This document shows positions 63,429-64,000 of a stretch of 64,000 nt of DNA, in pieces; the first letter of the stretch is position 1; every line of letters begins with the position of its first letter. The position numbers and the translations under genes were made by a program. This DNA comes from Thermodesulfobacteriota bacterium. GTDB lineage: Bacteria > Desulfobacterota > Binatia > Bin18. Below the pieces are notes generated by a model. The model had not been told where the DNA came from. It saw only the letters and a list, made by a program, of their open reading frames with translations, and searched no databases. Where the stretch lies: positions 3,616,001-3,680,000 of the forward strand of contig OZ219926.1 in the NCBI GenBank assembly GCA_964291405.2. The letters are read 5' to 3'.

Positions 63429-64000
63429 TCACCCCTCCATCCCAACCCACCACACCAAATCACCAACCCTCGGCCTTCCGCCGTGACGCCAACTCAACGG
63501 CGGACGTTGCATGGTCCCGAGGGGACATACGCGGCTGATACCCAATGCGCCTAATGTATCGGCAAGGGTCGCCAGCCGTTCGGGAGCCGCTGCCACACCC
63601 ACAGCTTCGAGATAGGGTCGCCACGCCTCAAGAATCTTGCCGAGCTGGGCAATGTCCCGTAACGGCTTCACCCGAATCGTCCGATATAAAGGCGATTGGA
63701 CGAAGGTTGGGTCGACATCACACACAACGGTCCAGTCCGTTCCGTTTGGGCTCACGTGCAGGACAACGTCTTTCCCGGCCAACGCCCGCCATTCGGCTTC
63801 GTCTCTCACTTTTCGGATGGCGGTGCTGACTTCCGGTGGGACCGGACCGCGCGGCAGCTCGGTTTGCCAATGGGCCAGGCCCGTGGCGAGCAGAGCCGCG
63901 AACTCTTTTGGGGTGACGGCTCCGCCTTCCTCAACATAGATAAGCTGGGGAGACAGACAGCCCTGCTGGTCGTATAACGCCACGTCATAGGCCGCCTTGT
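63429..64000 (-). CDS. LuxC-like acyl-CoA reductase (3' part; starts beyond window)
   Basis: YDQQGCLSPQ, G.SRVCPLGTMQ.P...W.HGG. Confidence 0.85.
   Translation of the reverse strand, partial: KAAYDVALYDQQGCLSPQLIYVEEGGAVTPKEFAALLATGLAHWQTELPRGPVPPEVSTAIRKVRDEAEWRALAGKDVVLHVSPNGTDWTVVCDVDPTFVQSPLYRTIRVKPLRDIAQLGKILEAWRPYLEAVGVAAAPERLATLADTLGALGISRVCPLGTMQRPPLSWRHGGRPRVGDLVWWVGMEG

Overview
GC-rich bacterial chromosomal segment. The gene mix (PagL-like and DUF1302 outer-membrane proteins, F420-dependent enzyme families, squalene-hopene cyclase, many SDR/amidohydrolase paralogs, dense REP-like repeats) points to a diderm, Binatota/deltaproteobacterium-like, possibly sponge-associated organism; this is inference only. 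Most of the window is catabolic or housekeeping genes plus tRNA-Leu(CAA). Four regions stand out. (1) 23.6-33.1 kb: a type I R-M locus (hsdR, hsdS, hsdM) carrying an Avd/23S-IVP-like four-helix-bundle gene. Its purine-rich heptamer repeats have an inverted pyrimidine-rich counterpart, and the same repeat pair recurs inside hsdS, bracketing TRD1. Both cargo insertions in the locus are bounded by duplicated gene ends (hsdR 3' end, hsdM 5' end). (2) 6.4-11.7 kb: three tandem secreted double-Cache proteins with mosaic variable N-termini, a near-identical ~470-600 bp C-terminal module and a conserved upstream hairpin. (3) A ~200-bp MITE inserted into REP hairpin loops with 5-6 bp target duplications. 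(4) A UGSC selenoprotein split in the ORF track, with an in-frame TGA and a SECIS-like hairpin. Also present: a DddK/DddW-like cupin, a PRISE-family reductase and several TA modules. No CRISPR array, rRNA or integrase was seen. All calls come from visual motif recognition; no searches were run.
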